DNA of 64,000 nucleotides from Callorhinchus milii (Eukaryota): NCBI RefSeq assembly GCF_018977255.1, contig NW_024704760.1, positions 992,001 to 1,056,000 of the forward strand, read 5' to 3'. Shown piece by piece: positions 63,795 to 64,000 of this stretch (position 1 is its first letter; each line of letters starts with the position of its first letter). The notes under the pieces were generated by a model. It saw only the letters and a program-made list of their open reading frames with translations, ran no database searches and was not told where the DNA came from. The position numbers and the translations under genes were made by a program.

Positions 63795-64000
63795 AGCAAC
63801 AGCAACAACAAATTACATTTACACGGCTCCTTTCACATCTGGAGGACGTCCCAAGGCGCTTGGACGGTCAAGGATTTGGACCCCAAACAGGGGGCTGGGT
63901 CAGGAGGGGTGGAGGGGCGGAGAGGAATAGGGGTAGGAACGAGTTGTCGAACGCACGTTCGAAATGGAGGGTCTTGAGACGTGCTTTGAAGGTGAATAAG
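63795..64000 (-). mobile_element. L2 LINE 3' end, truncated by the window edge
   Basis: (CAA)n tail, GGAGGACGTCCCAAGGCGCT, GGGTCTTGAGAC...TTGAAGG. Confidence 0.8.

Noticed and set aside
1-64000. CRISPR arrays, operons or other prokaryotic systems
   Set aside because: The sequence is an intron-containing vertebrate locus. The recurring motifs are dispersed SINE tails, not regularly spaced repeats with spacers.

Overview
Eukaryotic, vertebrate genomic DNA. The repeat content (tRNA-derived SINEs with L2-type (ATT)n tails, SacSINE1/Deu-like SINEs, L2 and CR1 LINE ends, Penelope-like repeats) points to a cartilaginous fish, probably a chimaera; this is an inference. The main gene is CTTNBP2NL on the + strand, with a CpG-island promoter at ~23.0-23.5 kb, four coding exons (30295-30393, 43627-43857, 45690-45797, 46950-48692; 726 aa) and a probable ~6 kb 3'UTR. 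Two small spliced genes are not resolved by the ORF track. (1) Divergent from CTTNBP2NL and buried among SINEs is an intact actinoporin-like gene with two coding exons (minus strand, 19201-19134 + 18621-18204; 161 aa). It lacks a signal peptide, the pore-forming N-terminal helix and the aromatic lipid-binding patch. (2) Downstream of CTTNBP2NL is a two-exon orphan gene (56280-56304 + 56403-57058; 226 aa) with an MGNIF N-terminus, a Cys cluster, a Thr/Ser-rich tail, an NLS-like motif and its own AATAAA. The rest is SINE/LINE debris, microsatellites, putative conserved non-coding elements and five assembly gaps. All family assignments come from reading the sequence and recalled motifs; no searches were run. 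Repeat boundaries are approximate.
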